Virus record (IMG/VR): IMGVR_UViG_3300027754_000044
Direction: 5' to 3' (one strand)
Origin: a virus
Length of the DNA: 64,000 nt
Both the position numbers and the translations under genes were made by a program. Below the pieces are notes generated by a model. It had not been told where the DNA came from and searched no databases. It saw only the letters and a program-made list of their open reading frames with translations. Below, piece after piece: positions 23,066 to 33,541 of the stretch; within the stretch, counting starts at the first letter, position 1; each line of letters opens with the position of its first letter.

Positions 23066-26026
23066 TTACGATCCCCAATACATTTGTGCATTTGCTGTCG
23101 TTGGTATGTAATCTGACGTTAGAGTCAAGAAGCTATTGGAGTAGATTGTTGCAACAGTATAGAGAGTTGTATTTGCGCCGCCAACTATCGCTGGTATAAT
23201 CTTCACTATTGTTGAAGATACAATTGTGCCATTTCCAAAGTTTCCATTCGCTTGACGATCTAGATTACGTCCTCTATCAGGAGGAGTTACTAGAACAAGT
23301 CTTGGGATTCCGTTCAAATCAGTCATAGTTTGAAGCTGAACAGCTTTGAATATATTCACAGTATCCGTGCTAAACGCAGATATCTGTGTATTGCCATATA
23401 CAACTCTTACATATCCATCAGGTTGTCCAGTCGTTGTTGCAAGTTTAAATATCAGAGCGGTTTGTCTATCGGAAACCAATCCAGCAGTTTCTAATATAGA
23501 AGCAGGTCCAGTATATACAGCTATCTGCGAATCTGTTGCTGTTCCGCTTGTTTCTAGAATAGAACCAGGACCAGTATACACGGCTGTTTCTAGATCATCA
23601 GGTGTAGAAGCTTCTAGAATAGAACCTGGACCAGTATACACAGCTGTTTCTAGATCAGCAGGTGTAGAATCTTCGGAAACTGATGCTAATGAATTCCACT
23701 GAGCTATTTCTAGATCAGCAGGTGTAGAAGTTTCGGAAACTGATGCTAATGAATTCCACTGAGCTGTTTCTAGATCAACTATTGTTCCTCCCGTTTCTAG
23801 AACAGAACCAATTCGATTGGACGAAGCTGTTTCTAGATCATCAGGTGTAGAAGCTTCTAGAATAGAACCTGGACCAGTATACACAGCTGTTTCTAGATCA
23901 TCAGGTATAGAAGCTTCTAGAATAGAACCTGGACCAGTATACACAGCTGTTTCTCTGTCGACCGGAGTTCCACCGGATTCTTGAAGAACGACATCTTTCG
24001 TTACAATTGACACGAAAATGTCAGCAGGGGTAGAAGTTTCATAAATAGACGCAACCACGTTAATTCCACCAATGAAGCTATCTGTTGGAGTAATTGATTC
24101 TATTAGTGGTTTATAGAAAGCTGAATCAGAACGCTCTCGTTGAATGTAAGATACGAAATTTGTGTCAAATTTTTCTTCAATCAAATCATCAGAATTTTGA
24201 GCAATTAAAGCGTCGCCCGAATCATCTTCTAGTAAAAATCTAGCAACTGGATTTTCTATGCGTAAATATCCCGTGTTATCTTCTAGCATATACGGTAAGA
24301 AATTATCTTGGAATATTGATTGTGGAACAGAAGATGCAACAGTGACTTGCATATTTGGTACAGAAGTTATCTCATATGTCCCAAACATTTTCGTTCCAGC
24401 AGGGTGCAAAAGATTTTGCACTACGTCACGATATTTGTCAACTAGAACAGATGATTTTATTGCATATGAAAATTCCTGATAATAATCACTATCCTGAATT
24501 TTATTATTCCAGCTTAAAAATCCTTTCGTGCCTAAATATCGCCCGGTAAGTGTTCTAATACCAGAAACAGATGTAACAAAAGTGTTTCCGTTATATACTC
24601 TATTTAATACGTGTCTTTTAATTCCAGGCGGTGTAGAAGTATCTGTGGTTGTTGTGTTTGCCAAATTGCTAACAGAATTTCCAGATCTTGAATTTGTTAT
24701 ATTTACTTTTTCGCCAAGAATAAAATCAGTTCCTGCCGAAGTGATTGTAATACCAGTGATTGTGCCAGGAGCGCGATCTACCGCGATTACGGCATCGTTT
24801 CCACGAATCGCTGTATTTGATTGATATGCAATATCTTGATCCACAACAGTAACTGTTGGAAATGTATCATAACCAAAACCTGGTGATATGATAGAGATAG
24901 CATTAATCGATCCAATGGTAACTGGACCAACTTTTAATGCTTTATTTAATCTGCTATACACATTAGCTACTGCAATATTTGAACTTAATATTGCAGAATT
25001 TGTTCCAAGAGAACCAAAGCTCAGGCCTACGTTTGATGTTGGTAAGTTTCCATTCAATACTACATTTCTAACAGGACCAATTGTATCACTAAACATTGTG
25101 ATTGTTGATGTGTTAGAAAGAGAAACAACTTCAAGTATCGGAGTGACTACTGGAACTGTTGAAGAAATTGTACCAAACGTAAATCTTGAGTTAACTCCAG
25201 TTCTATATCCAGTTCCGCCCTTACTAATTCTAAACGTCAGAGAGCCTGGAGTATTTTCAATTGATGATACGAGTCCTTCTGCAACTGAGCCGCTGGTTGT
25301 TCCGACTAATGATAGTGAATCTCCTTTAACATTAAAAGCTCCACCATTGGTTATTGTTTGAGAAGTGAGACCCCCAATTCCGGCTCGAACTGTAACAGTG
25401 TTTCCAAATCCATCAGAAACGATTTCTTTATCTAAGAACGTTCCAGAAGTGTTTTCTACCGTTAATGTAAATACTTCTATGCCTAAATTAATTGTAGTAA
25501 GAATTCCCTGAACACGTCCAATAGCTCCAGAAGTCTGCCCTGTCACTACTCTACCGTCTAGATCAGTCAATATTCCAGTTCGCTTTTCAACAGTCAATAC
25601 TGTTTCTCTAATCCACCGTCCGTCAGAAGCGCGAAGAACGTCTTCGCCTGGATAATAAAAATTTACATCTGCGCCAAATAAAATATGAAATAAAAATTTG
25701 AATGATTTTTGAGATCCGCGAGAACGATAAAATTCACGAATATGTTTTACGATAAGTCGTTTATCGGCCAGAGCTGTTTTTGGTATACTCAGTGCATATT
25801 GTTTTCTAAAATATTCTACGAATTCTGTAACGGTTCTATCTATGTCCTGATTATCTTTAAGAGTTCGTATTGCATCTATTGATTTTCCAGATTGCTCCAA
25901 ATACTCATAATACGCTTCCATAAAAGCAACAAATCGTGGTCCATTCTCACGAATATATTCTGGAAATTGTTGTTCTACAAGAGGGGATATCTTCTTATAG
26001 ACTTCATTTGCTCCGGATATAGCCAT
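23066..26026 (-). CDS. gp7: Baseplate wedge initiator (gp7-like) with C-terminal repeat extension
   Basis: QFPEYIRE..PRFVAFMEAYYEY, FYRSRGS, LRASDGRW, IQDSDYYQEFSY, LLHPAGTKMFG. Confidence 0.85.
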   Translation of the reverse strand: MAISGANEVYKKISPLVEQQFPEYIRENGPRFVAFMEAYYEYLEQSGKSIDAIRTLKDNQDIDRTVTEFVEYFRKQYALSIPKTALADKRLIVKHIREFYRSRGSQKSFKFLFHILFGADVNFYYPGEDVLRASDGRWIRETVLTVEKRTGILTDLDGRVVTGQTSGAIGRVQGILTTINLGIEVFTLTVENTSGTFLDKEIVSDGFGNTVTVRAGIGGLTSQTITNGGAFNVKGDSLSLVGTTSGSVAEGLVSSIENTPGSLTFRISKGGTGYRTGVNSRFTFGTISSTVPVVTPILEVVSLSNTSTITMFSDTIGPVRNVVLNGNLPTSNVGLSFGSLGTNSAILSSNIAVANVYSRLNKALKVGPVTIGSINAISIISPGFGYDTFPTVTVVDQDIAYQSNTAIRGNDAVIAVDRAPGTITGITITSAGTDFILGEKVNITNSRSGNSVSNLANTTTTDTSTPPGIKRHVLNRVYNGNTFVTSVSGIRTLTGRYLGTKGFLSWNNKIQDSDYYQEFSYAIKSSVLVDKYRDVVQNLLHPAGTKMFGTYEITSVPNMQVTVASSVPQSIFQDNFLPYMLEDNTGYLRIENPVARFLLEDDSGDALIAQNSDDLIEEKFDTNFVSYIQRERSDSAFYKPLIESITPTDSFIGGINVVASIYETSTPADIFVSIVTKDVVLQESGGTPVDRETAVYTGPGSILEASIPDDLETAVYTGPGSILEASTPDDLETASSNRIGSVLETGGTIVDLETAQWNSLASVSETSTPADLEIAQWNSLASVSEDSTPADLETAVYTGPGSILEASTPDDLETAVYTGPGSILETSGTATDSQIAVYTGPASILETAGLVSDRQTALIFKLATTTGQPDGYVRVVYGNTQISAFSTDTVNIFKAVQLQTMTDLNGIPRLVLVTPPDRGRNLDRQANGNFGNGTIVSSTIVKIIPAIVGGANTTLYTVATIYSNSFLTLTSDYIPTTANAQMYWGS
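23450..24040 (-). repeat. About 60-nt (20-aa) tandem repeats in gp7
   Basis: Repeated DDLETAVYTGPGSILEASTP and ADLETAQWNSLASVSETSTP units. Confidence 0.85.
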
Positions 26027-26027
26027 A

Positions 26028-27905
26028 TCAATATGTCACTAAACCAAGAGCTGATGAGGTAACAGAACTTAATGAAGTTGTGGATCCAATAGTGTCGATT
26101 GATGTAATTATAGATTCAACTCTATTAGACTCGTCATTGACCACACGTATAGAAGCTCCATCGATCAATAAGATTTGATTTCTTATTGGAGCCACGTCTT
26201 CGTATACAGGTCGTGCATCTAATGCAATTTCTCCAAATATTTCTGATGGTAGAAAACTATAAATGTATACAACTCCTAATTCATAGTCTACTTCTCCCGC
26301 AGTAGAATTAGTGTATATTCTTTTTCCGCTAATCGGATCTTCATAATAAATCCTAAGAGTTCCAAAACCATCGTCATCAAAATATGAAACTCTATCTTTA
26401 TAAGTAAATTGTGAAGAGGATACGTATCCATACAATAGATCAGTAATGACTTTTTTAGAATCTCCTAGTCTTCTAATTTGTTGATTGAACGACAAAACAT
26501 AGTCGTCGGCTCTAACAATCGAAGGAGCAAATTTTCTTTGCATAAGAATTCCTGCCGTTGCGCCAACAATAGAAGATTCAGCATTTGATATGTAATCTAA
26601 AAATTTAGAAAATCTAAATTTTTTGGCAAATAAATTGAGATTGCTTGTTTCATATGCAATAATTTTTTGTTTAACAAGATTTCCGATATCAGACCCACTC
26701 AGTTCAGTATCTGCTGGATTGTATCGTATTGTTATGGTAGGAACTATGTATAGGTAGGTTGGATCCACAATCACAACATCAATAGATTGAACATTATATT
26801 CTTTTATTTTTTCTATGATTAATGATTTTCTAGCAGTAGAAATTAAAGTTCCGACTGATGGTTTTACTGCAACGTAGACTTTTCCATATATGGGTGGCAT
26901 GTTTTCTTCTCCGCCCCAAGAATTTACAGCAGCTAGATCGGGATTCAAACTTAAAATCAAAGAGGAATAATCATTCTTAGATACAGCTCTATTTTGGGTT
27001 TGAAATGCTCGTGGTGCATTAAAACGAATTGAGTCTATAGGTTCTTGTGATGTGCCTCCAGAGCCTCTTTCAGCAACAGATATACTATATGAACTCTTTC
27101 CACCTAAAGTTCCTGGTCCAGTAAATTGATTGGCACCATTTCCACGAGTTCCATTACATACGCGATAATTAACTGTGACTGTGCTATTATTATCTGGCGC
27201 TGCGCCATAAACTCCATCTCCGAAATGTACCTTGTATAAATTTCCTCTATCCGCATCTAAAAAATACACCTTAGAAATTGAGTTTACAGAAAATATATCA
27301 TCCGCGCGAATGAAAGGTTGATTATTTGAACCAACTGTTGCTGAGATGGTGATACTTGATGTATCCACATTCACATTGGGTAAAACGAAAGATGTGTTTG
27401 CTGCAGTATAAAGAAATCTATGAGTTAAAGGCGTTCCTTCAACTATGTTGATATAACCGTTAAAACCATTTGTAGAATTTGCAGCAATACTGTAAGATTT
27501 TGGAGTAACGAAAATATAACTAACGCCATTTATAGAAGCTGTAAATTGTGAATTTTTTGTTATGTTTAAACTTCTTTCAGCGAATGTGGCAGGATTTGTA
27601 AAAGATATCCTGACATTAGCTGTTGCGCCCTGCGCAGATCTTGGTCTATATCCTAGGGCTTTTGCATGAGATACAACGCTGTCATATAGCTGCGCTGATT
27701 CTAAAAAGCTCTCATTCGCAGCCATATTTGCATAAAATGCGTTGTAATACGTGTTGTATGCGAGAAGATCTAAAATAGAACCGATGGCAGAATCTTCGTA
27801 ATCGAAGTCTGCGAATTCAGATTTAGCTTTTATGAAGTCGCGTAGATTTGCGCGAATAGTATCAAAAGATAATCCAGTTACTGAGATAGAGGTATTAGCG
27901 GGCAT
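26028..27905 (-). CDS. gp6: Baseplate wedge subunit (gp6-like)
   Basis: LDLLAYNTYYNAFYANM, FGDGVYG, QNRAVSKNDY, WGGEE..PPIYGKV. Confidence 0.93.
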   Translation of the reverse strand: MPANTSISVTGLSFDTIRANLRDFIKAKSEFADFDYEDSAIGSILDLLAYNTYYNAFYANMAANESFLESAQLYDSVVSHAKALGYRPRSAQGATANVRISFTNPATFAERSLNITKNSQFTASINGVSYIFVTPKSYSIAANSTNGFNGYINIVEGTPLTHRFLYTAANTSFVLPNVNVDTSSITISATVGSNNQPFIRADDIFSVNSISKVYFLDADRGNLYKVHFGDGVYGAAPDNNSTVTVNYRVCNGTRGNGANQFTGPGTLGGKSSYSISVAERGSGGTSQEPIDSIRFNAPRAFQTQNRAVSKNDYSSLILSLNPDLAAVNSWGGEENMPPIYGKVYVAVKPSVGTLISTARKSLIIEKIKEYNVQSIDVVIVDPTYLYIVPTITIRYNPADTELSGSDIGNLVKQKIIAYETSNLNLFAKKFRFSKFLDYISNAESSIVGATAGILMQRKFAPSIVRADDYVLSFNQQIRRLGDSKKVITDLLYGYVSSSQFTYKDRVSYFDDDGFGTLRIYYEDPISGKRIYTNSTAGEVDYELGVVYIYSFLPSEIFGEIALDARPVYEDVAPIRNQILLIDGASIRVVNDESNRVESIITSIDTIGSTTSLSSVTSSALGLVTY

Positions 27906-28303
27906 TATCTTATCCTATCGAGCGAAATATTCGCTTCAGAAATATTTGTTGAATTTTTTCCACGAAATATAATACTGACGCTCAATCTATTCCTATCTGG
28001 ATCTCCAACGATTTGGACATCTAGAAGTTCGACTCTTGGTTCATAATTTTTGATAGCAGTTTCTATATTATATTTGATGGAAGTTTCCATTGCAGAACTA
28101 TAATTTTCAAATAATTGCTCACGGATGCTTGATCCAAAATCCGATCGAAATGGTCTTTCGTATTGATTAGTCATTATCAAATTTTTAATGGCTTGTATTA
28201 AAGAGTCATCATTTTTCTTGACAAAGAGTTTACCAGTAACTGGATGTGCTCTCATAGCAAGATCAAAATCTTTGTATGCAATGGTATTCGTTTGGCGTGC
28301 CAT
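27905..28303 (-). CDS. gp25: Baseplate wedge subunit (gp25-like)
   Basis: YKDFDL...HPVT, ERPF..DFGS, YEPRV. Confidence 0.92.
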   Translation of the reverse strand: MARQTNTIAYKDFDLAMRAHPVTGKLFVKKNDDSLIQAIKNLIMTNQYERPFRSDFGSSIREQLFENYSSAMETSIKYNIETAIKNYEPRVELLDVQIVGDPDRNRLSVSIIFRGKNSTNISEANISLDRIR

Positions 28304-28358
28304 ATTTTTCCTTAATTTGACCTATTTATTACTTATTCTAGCCGGTCTATTAAATTAT

Positions 28359-28622
28359 TTATCCCGCACTTACCGTAGATGATCCAGAAGCAGTATGTCC
28401 GCATGTTGCAGAATCTCCTGCTCTACAAACAAATATCCCATTTGCCCTAACTGTGCTACTATGTCCAGACATCGTAGCGGCTATATGCACTGATGGACCA
28501 TGGCTTACAATCGATGCACCCGTCACAGCAACTGAGCTTCCGTTCACGCGAACAGCAGGCGCTAGGTTTCCAATTATAGTTCCTCCTGCTGTATCCACTC
28601 CGACTCTACTTATTCCGGGCAT
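28359..28622 (-). CDS. PAAR spike-tip protein (gp5.4-like)
   Basis: RVG.D..GG, H...H, TVRANG..V.RAGD..CGH. Confidence 0.88.
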   Translation of the reverse strand: MPGISRVGVDTAGGTIIGNLAPAVRVNGSSVAVTGASIVSHGPSVHIAATMSGHSSTVRANGIFVCRAGDSATCGHTASGSSTVSAG

Positions 28623-28632
28623 TATATGTCCT

Positions 28633-29625
28633 TTAATTCAAATCTATTGTGCTGCCAACTATCTTCGTTGCTCCGCCTGAAGAATGTGTAACATTTCCAG
28701 AAGTTATGCATTGAGAATCACCACTAACTTGATGCGATCTTGATCCAAGAATTTCCTCGGTATCGTTTCCGATTATTTTTGTTTTCATATTACCATGAAC
28801 TTTTAAATTATAATCTCCAGAAACTTCCTGTATCATATCACCCTTAACGTATAATCTAGCGTCGCCAGAAATTGTGATGTTACATTTTCCGGAAATTAAA
28901 ACACTCTTATCCTTAACACACACTTCAAAATCATCACCAATGATTTTCGTTACCCTATCTCCTGTATTTTGTATCTCACAAAAAGTTCCAGTTTTATGAT
29001 AGATATGAATTCTTTCATTATCTACTGTATCGTCGATTTCAATTGCGTGACCAGATTCAGTTTGTGTAACATGATTTTTGGGGTATACAGGATCTTTTCC
29101 ATTTCTAGGAAGTGGTTCAGTCCATGTTTTAAATTCATTTTCTGTAACATATCTTGCAGTAGGAACATCTTTAACTCTATTCGCTTCTTTATCTTTTGTT
29201 ATCTTATCTTCAATAAATCTAGTATAAGCTAAATTTGGAGTATCTGGAAATCCTGGATTGGTTGGATAAATTCCGTCTGGATCAGAATATCCGCCCTGAT
29301 CGGATCCATCTGGGATCCCATGTAATGATCCCATAACTACAGGTTGCTGTGCATTTTCTCCGTCTAGAAAAAAACCCATCACATAAGAACCATTCAGTAA
29401 TCCAGTTCCAGAACGACCAATGCTGCTTGTTGATGCAGAAGTAACAGGCATCAAAACTTGTGCCCACGGTAAATTTTTAACAGGAAGTTCGTCTATATTG
29501 TCAGAATGCCATCCTACACATCTAATCCTAACTCTTCCGCAATTTAGAGGATCATTTATGTCTTGAACAATTCCTATAAACCATATAAATCCTTCTGCGC
29601 CAATCCAATTTTCTTTTGCTGTCAT
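28633..29625 (-). CDS. gp5: Baseplate central spike (gp5-like, no lysozyme domain)
   Basis: WFIGIV.DINDP..GRVRIR OB-fold, YPKNHV.QTESGH, beta-helix repeats. Confidence 0.9.
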   Translation of the reverse strand: MTAKENWIGAEGFIWFIGIVQDINDPLNCGRVRIRCVGWHSDNIDELPVKNLPWAQVLMPVTSASTSSIGRSGTGLLNGSYVMGFFLDGENAQQPVVMGSLHGIPDGSDQGGYSDPDGIYPTNPGFPDTPNLAYTRFIEDKITKDKEANRVKDVPTARYVTENEFKTWTEPLPRNGKDPVYPKNHVTQTESGHAIEIDDTVDNERIHIYHKTGTFCEIQNTGDRVTKIIGDDFEVCVKDKSVLISGKCNITISGDARLYVKGDMIQEVSGDYNLKVHGNMKTKIIGNDTEEILGSRSHQVSGDSQCITSGNVTHSSGGATKIVGSTIDLN

Positions 29626-30956
29626 TATATGTCCTCAGTCACAGGTTGGGCTAGTTGCGTATCTTTAACGCATTCCATCAAAGTCACATATTTGTGTGTC
29701 GCATTAACTCTATGAACTACAGCTGTTATTAAATATTTTCCGCTGGTCGAATCATTCGTTTTTCTTTGTCCTTTTGTTGTGACGCTCACTTCTGGAAAAA
29801 TTAAATTTACTGTGTCTCCCGCATGAAGTCTAGGATTTCCATGAACCATAACATTCATTTTTTGCATCAATAGTTGTTCTGTAGCTGCAGTTTCTATGGC
29901 TTCAAAATCTTGCATTCGTCTAAAGGACTGTTCCATTTCTGGCTGAAATTCTTTAACATAATCTAACTGCGATACTTTAGAATTTGTCGTTACGAAGGAT
30001 TCACGCATTGGTGAAGATGTAAATTTTTTAATACTTTCCTTTGTCAGTGAAGGATTGTCAGTTTTCAAATTATTAACTGATTTGAAGTCCTTAGAATAAT
30101 CGTAAGATTTCGAAAAGAAAGATTTAGCTAACACATCTAGAGTTTTTGTTATTCCAGAATAGGTACCCTTTTGAGCTGATTGTAGTAGATTAAAATCACT
30201 GACATTTTCTACAGCTATAATTTTTTGATAGTCTTTGAAATTTTGTAAATCACTTTTTTCTTGTAGACCATTAACTTCTTCGATATAGATATATGTGTCG
30301 GTTGGTTTTTTTTCGAAAAGCAGTTGTAGAGTAATAAAGTGATATCCTTTATCCGTTTCGAAAAAAACGAAATTTGAAGAAATATTTTTAGCAGATTTTG
30401 CTTCAGAACACATAATGTTCATAGCACGAAATGGATTCACGGAAGGAAACACGTGATTGAAAACTCCCTCTGTTTCCTCGACAGTAACAAGTTCCTTATC
30501 CGAAACTTTAGAAATATTATTTTCAAATATGTTTTGAACTGTTTCATGAACAGTAAACTCATTGGTCCCCTCTCGAACCAATCTATCAAACGCTTCATTG
30601 GTTAGAAGTTCTTCTGTTGTTGAGAATAATGTATATGCCAAAGTTTTTTCATTGTAATAAAAAGTCTCAGACGTTTTGTATACTTGGAGTTGCGTTTTAA
30701 TTTCTGCAATATCCTCATCATCCCCCTGCGCGCGAAGCCTTAATTTTAAAACTTCACCACCAGCAATTGGAAGAGATTCTTGCAAGGATATTGCATCAAC
30801 TAGCAAAATAGAACACGATATCGCTGGAGAAAAAATATCCTCATAATAACTCAATTCAGCAACGATATTAGAAATATTTTCTGTTTGCGACCCATCAGTA
30901 TTTGTTAATGTAAGTTCAGGAAAATCTACTAATCCTGGTGTATATGATTTTTCCAT
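29625..30956 (-). CDS. Baseplate hub/tail protein (gp27-like)
   Basis: YYEDIFSP, LPIAGGE, FFET..GYHF, GNPRLHAGD, SGKYLITAVVH; between gp53 and gp5. Confidence 0.7.
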   Translation of the reverse strand: MEKSYTPGLVDFPELTLTNTDGSQTENISNIVAELSYYEDIFSPAISCSILLVDAISLQESLPIAGGEVLKLRLRAQGDDEDIAEIKTQLQVYKTSETFYYNEKTLAYTLFSTTEELLTNEAFDRLVREGTNEFTVHETVQNIFENNISKVSDKELVTVEETEGVFNHVFPSVNPFRAMNIMCSEAKSAKNISSNFVFFETDKGYHFITLQLLFEKKPTDTYIYIEEVNGLQEKSDLQNFKDYQKIIAVENVSDFNLLQSAQKGTYSGITKTLDVLAKSFFSKSYDYSKDFKSVNNLKTDNPSLTKESIKKFTSSPMRESFVTTNSKVSQLDYVKEFQPEMEQSFRRMQDFEAIETAATEQLLMQKMNVMVHGNPRLHAGDTVNLIFPEVSVTTKGQRKTNDSTSGKYLITAVVHRVNATHKYVTLMECVKDTQLAQPVTEDI

Positions 30957-30958
30957 TA

Positions 30959-31522
30959 TTATTTAAATATTCTTCTATGACTATCCACAACAAGACCTAT
31001 GAATCTTTCATCCAAAATTTTAATATTGCGACGAGTTTCATTCAGCTCACTCTCATAAGTATAATTATCAACGATCCTAGAATTAGAAACATCTTGTGAG
31101 TAGGTTATATAATCTACAACCACAGTTCTTTTTGGAATAACAGTTCCGTCTGTATTATACGTTATATCTTGAATGGTTTTTTCATAATGATGAGTGACAG
31201 ATTGAGCCGCAGAAACACTACCGTATTTTTTTCTAATATAGCTCGAAAAATTTTCATAGGAAAGGGGCCAAAGAAAATATGGATCGTGAATCTCATTAGT
31301 TAATAAAATAACCCAATCCAATGTCTCATCTCCATAATACTTATCTGCAATAATATCTGGGCGATCGCCATCTTTTATTTCATAGTCGAAATAAATTGCT
31401 GCGTTATTTTTCAGAATAGTATTGAGGGTAAATCTTCTTGTAATATCTGTAACAGCCATTATAGAAGTTATACCTGGAATGCTATATTCAATCGCAGGAA
31501 ATGGTTTGAAATAATGTGCCAT
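30959..31522 (-). CDS. gp53: Baseplate wedge component (gp53-like)
   Basis: YF..FP.I.Y, GDRPDIIADKYYGD..LDWVILL.N, WPLS. Confidence 0.92.
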   Translation of the reverse strand: MAHYFKPFPAIEYSIPGITSIMAVTDITRRFTLNTILKNNAAIYFDYEIKDGDRPDIIADKYYGDETLDWVILLTNEIHDPYFLWPLSYENFSSYIRKKYGSVSAAQSVTHHYEKTIQDITYNTDGTVIPKRTVVVDYITYSQDVSNSRIVDNYTYESELNETRRNIKILDERFIGLVVDSHRRIFK

Positions 31523-32451
31523 TAAAATGCCCCCTGACCAGCGGCTTCATCCTTCGAAAGATACGGATCTCCGATAATTTTCTTTGTAATAATTTCAATT
31601 TCTTGAAATTCTAAGCCCATTACAACTTCCATTGGAGCTGGGTCTTGTCCATTAGATCTAGCATATGCTGGGTAGTTTGAAGGTTGATAATTCACTGTCA
31701 TTCCTTTCAAAACGCAAGGTCTGTAATCATTAACAGTGTATTTTCCATGAGCAAGATCTATTCTAAAAAACTCTGGTGTTGAAAAGAAATGATTTCCAGC
31801 AGATACATTACTTCCGCCAATATTCGTACCAGCATAGCCTGGATGCATATGATATTTGAATAAATGTATGATTTGACGTATTGTGGTGCTTTCTGTTGCC
31901 GTTATCGGAGACAATTTAAAATTAAAACTATGTGATCTAAAATCTGTTCCTTCAAAAAGTGTGGCTTTGTGTGGATTTCTGGCTACACCAAACGCGTTCA
32001 GCCCTGCTTTAACTGTTTCCCCACCCGCTCCCGCCACCTGATTCAATACTGCACCACCAACTCCTAAAACCGCTGATGAAAATTTTTCCAATCCAGATAT
32101 TTTTTTAATAGCTTCGACCTGTGCTGCAGTCTGCTCTTTCGTTTTATCCATGATTTCCGCGAAAGATCCGCCAGCAGATTCAACTGCGTCAAGGACCCCT
32201 GCGACTATTCCACCAAGATCAGGGGTAGCGTATCCTGCATTATAACTGACTTGCAATTCTTGGGTCATCGGAAGAACTATAGTAGCGATTTGTTTTTCCT
32301 TATCCGCCGAATCACGACTTTCTCTTTTTGTATCAAAAATCGTAAACATAATATGATGCTCGAGATAAGTTTTATCTTCTGGAAATTGTAGGACAACTGT
32401 TCCTCCAGTTCTATCTAATTTTGCAAGAGGATGGAAAGATCTATTCATCAT
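31522..32451 (-). CDS. gp48: Baseplate tail-tube cap (gp48-like)
   Basis: NPH...LFEG..FRSHSFNFKL.P, YHMHP, LEFQEIEII; start placed downstream of the late promoter. Confidence 0.82.
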   Translation of the reverse strand: MMNRSFHPLAKLDRTGGTVVLQFPEDKTYLEHHIMFTIFDTKRESRDSADKEKQIATIVLPMTQELQVSYNAGYATPDLGGIVAGVLDAVESAGGSFAEIMDKTKEQTAAQVEAIKKISGLEKFSSAVLGVGGAVLNQVAGAGGETVKAGLNAFGVARNPHKATLFEGTDFRSHSFNFKLSPITATESTTIRQIIHLFKYHMHPGYAGTNIGGSNVSAGNHFFSTPEFFRIDLAHGKYTVNDYRPCVLKGMTVNYQPSNYPAYARSNGQDPAPMEVVMGLEFQEIEIITKKIIGDPYLSKDEAAGQGAF

Positions 32452-32477
32452 TCTTATTTTCCTTATAGAATATCCTC

Positions 32478-32495
32478 TATTTATACCCATAAATA
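32478..32495. promoter_or_regulatory. Divergent late promoters
   Basis: TATAAATA (-, 32478-32485) and CATAAATA (+, 32488-32495). Confidence 0.65.
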
Positions 32496-32499
32496 TAGG

Positions 32500-32949
32500 A
32501 TGCCTACACGAAAAGGATTATATAAACCACAATTTCCTCAAAAATATAGAGGAAATCCATGTAATATTGTATTTCGTTCGTCTTGGGAATACAAACTTAT
32601 GAAGTATTTCGATCTAAGTGATAACATAGTGGAGTGGCAATCTGAAGAATTGTGGATCCCATATCGCTCTCCCATAGACGGCAGAGTTCATAGATATTTT
32701 CCAGACTTTTTAATACGTGTTGTAGATAAGAATGGAAATAAAACGACAAAAGTTATAGAAGTAAAACCCAAAAAACAAACATTACCTCCTACTCAAAAAA
32801 CGAAAGGTTCAAAACCTACGAAAAGATATGTGACGGAGGTCATGACTTACGGAATAAATACATCAAAATGGAAAGCTGCTAAAGAATATTGCGGCGATAG
32901 AAAATGGGAATTTTTAATATTCACTGAAAAAGAATTAGGATTAGTATAA
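32500..32949 (+). CDS. gp4: Head completion nuclease (gp4-like)
   Basis: KYRGNPCNIVFRSSWE, W.SEE..IPY.SP.D..HRYFPDF, IEVKP, TEKEL. Confidence 0.92.
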   Translation: MPTRKGLYKPQFPQKYRGNPCNIVFRSSWEYKLMKYFDLSDNIVEWQSEELWIPYRSPIDGRVHRYFPDFLIRVVDKNGNKTTKVIEVKPKKQTLPPTQKTKGSKPTKRYVTEVMTYGINTSKWKAAKEYCGDRKWEFLIFTEKELGLV

Positions 32950-33540
32950 ATGGCTGAATTTGAAAAAGCTCTTTCAACGTCAAATCCTACCAAACTGGAC
33001 GAAGCATCCAGTTGGCTTAAAACGGTGGCATCTAAAACAACCATGGCTCCGCAAAGATTAATCAATGCAGATCGAACAAGACTCACAAATATCCCGCTTG
33101 TTGGGAGAATGTATCTTTTCAATTACGATCCAAAGTATAAAAAAGAGCTTCCATATTACGATAGATTCCCTCTAATATTCCCATTCCTTCCCGCGAAAAC
33201 AAGTGGGACTGCTGGATCCGGACCTGGGTTTTATGGAATAAATCTACACTATCTTCCACCATTGCTTAGAGCGAAATTGATGGATGCGTTATTTACTACA
33301 GTAACAAATAATAAGATGGATGAAACGACAAGATTGAAAATATCCTATAATATTTTAAGTCAATCTTCAAAAATGAAATACTTTAAACCGTGCGTGAAAC
33401 ATTATTTACTTGGACATATGCGTTCTAAATTTTTTATGATCAACGCGAACGAATGGAAAACTGCTTTGATACTTCCGCTTCAACGATTTGCCAAAGCTCC
33501 CGAATCTAGAATTTATAGCGAAAGCATAGCAAGGATCTAA
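32950..33540 (+). CDS. gp2: DNA end protector (gp2-like)
   Basis: YDPKYK..LPYYDRFPL, GINLHYLP, CVKHYL..H. Confidence 0.92.
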   Translation: MAEFEKALSTSNPTKLDEASSWLKTVASKTTMAPQRLINADRTRLTNIPLVGRMYLFNYDPKYKKELPYYDRFPLIFPFLPAKTSGTAGSGPGFYGINLHYLPPLLRAKLMDALFTTVTNNKMDETTRLKISYNILSQSSKMKYFKPCVKHYLLGHMRSKFFMINANEWKTALILPLQRFAKAPESRIYSESIARI

Positions 33541-33541
33541 T

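Noticed and set aside
23450-24040. Regularly spaced repeats that might be a CRISPR array
   Set aside because: In-frame coding repeats with no unique spacers and no cas operon.
32431-32499. N-terminal extensions of gp4 and gp48 in the ORF track
   Set aside because: They overlap the divergent late promoters; downstream ATGs (32500 and 32451) fit better.
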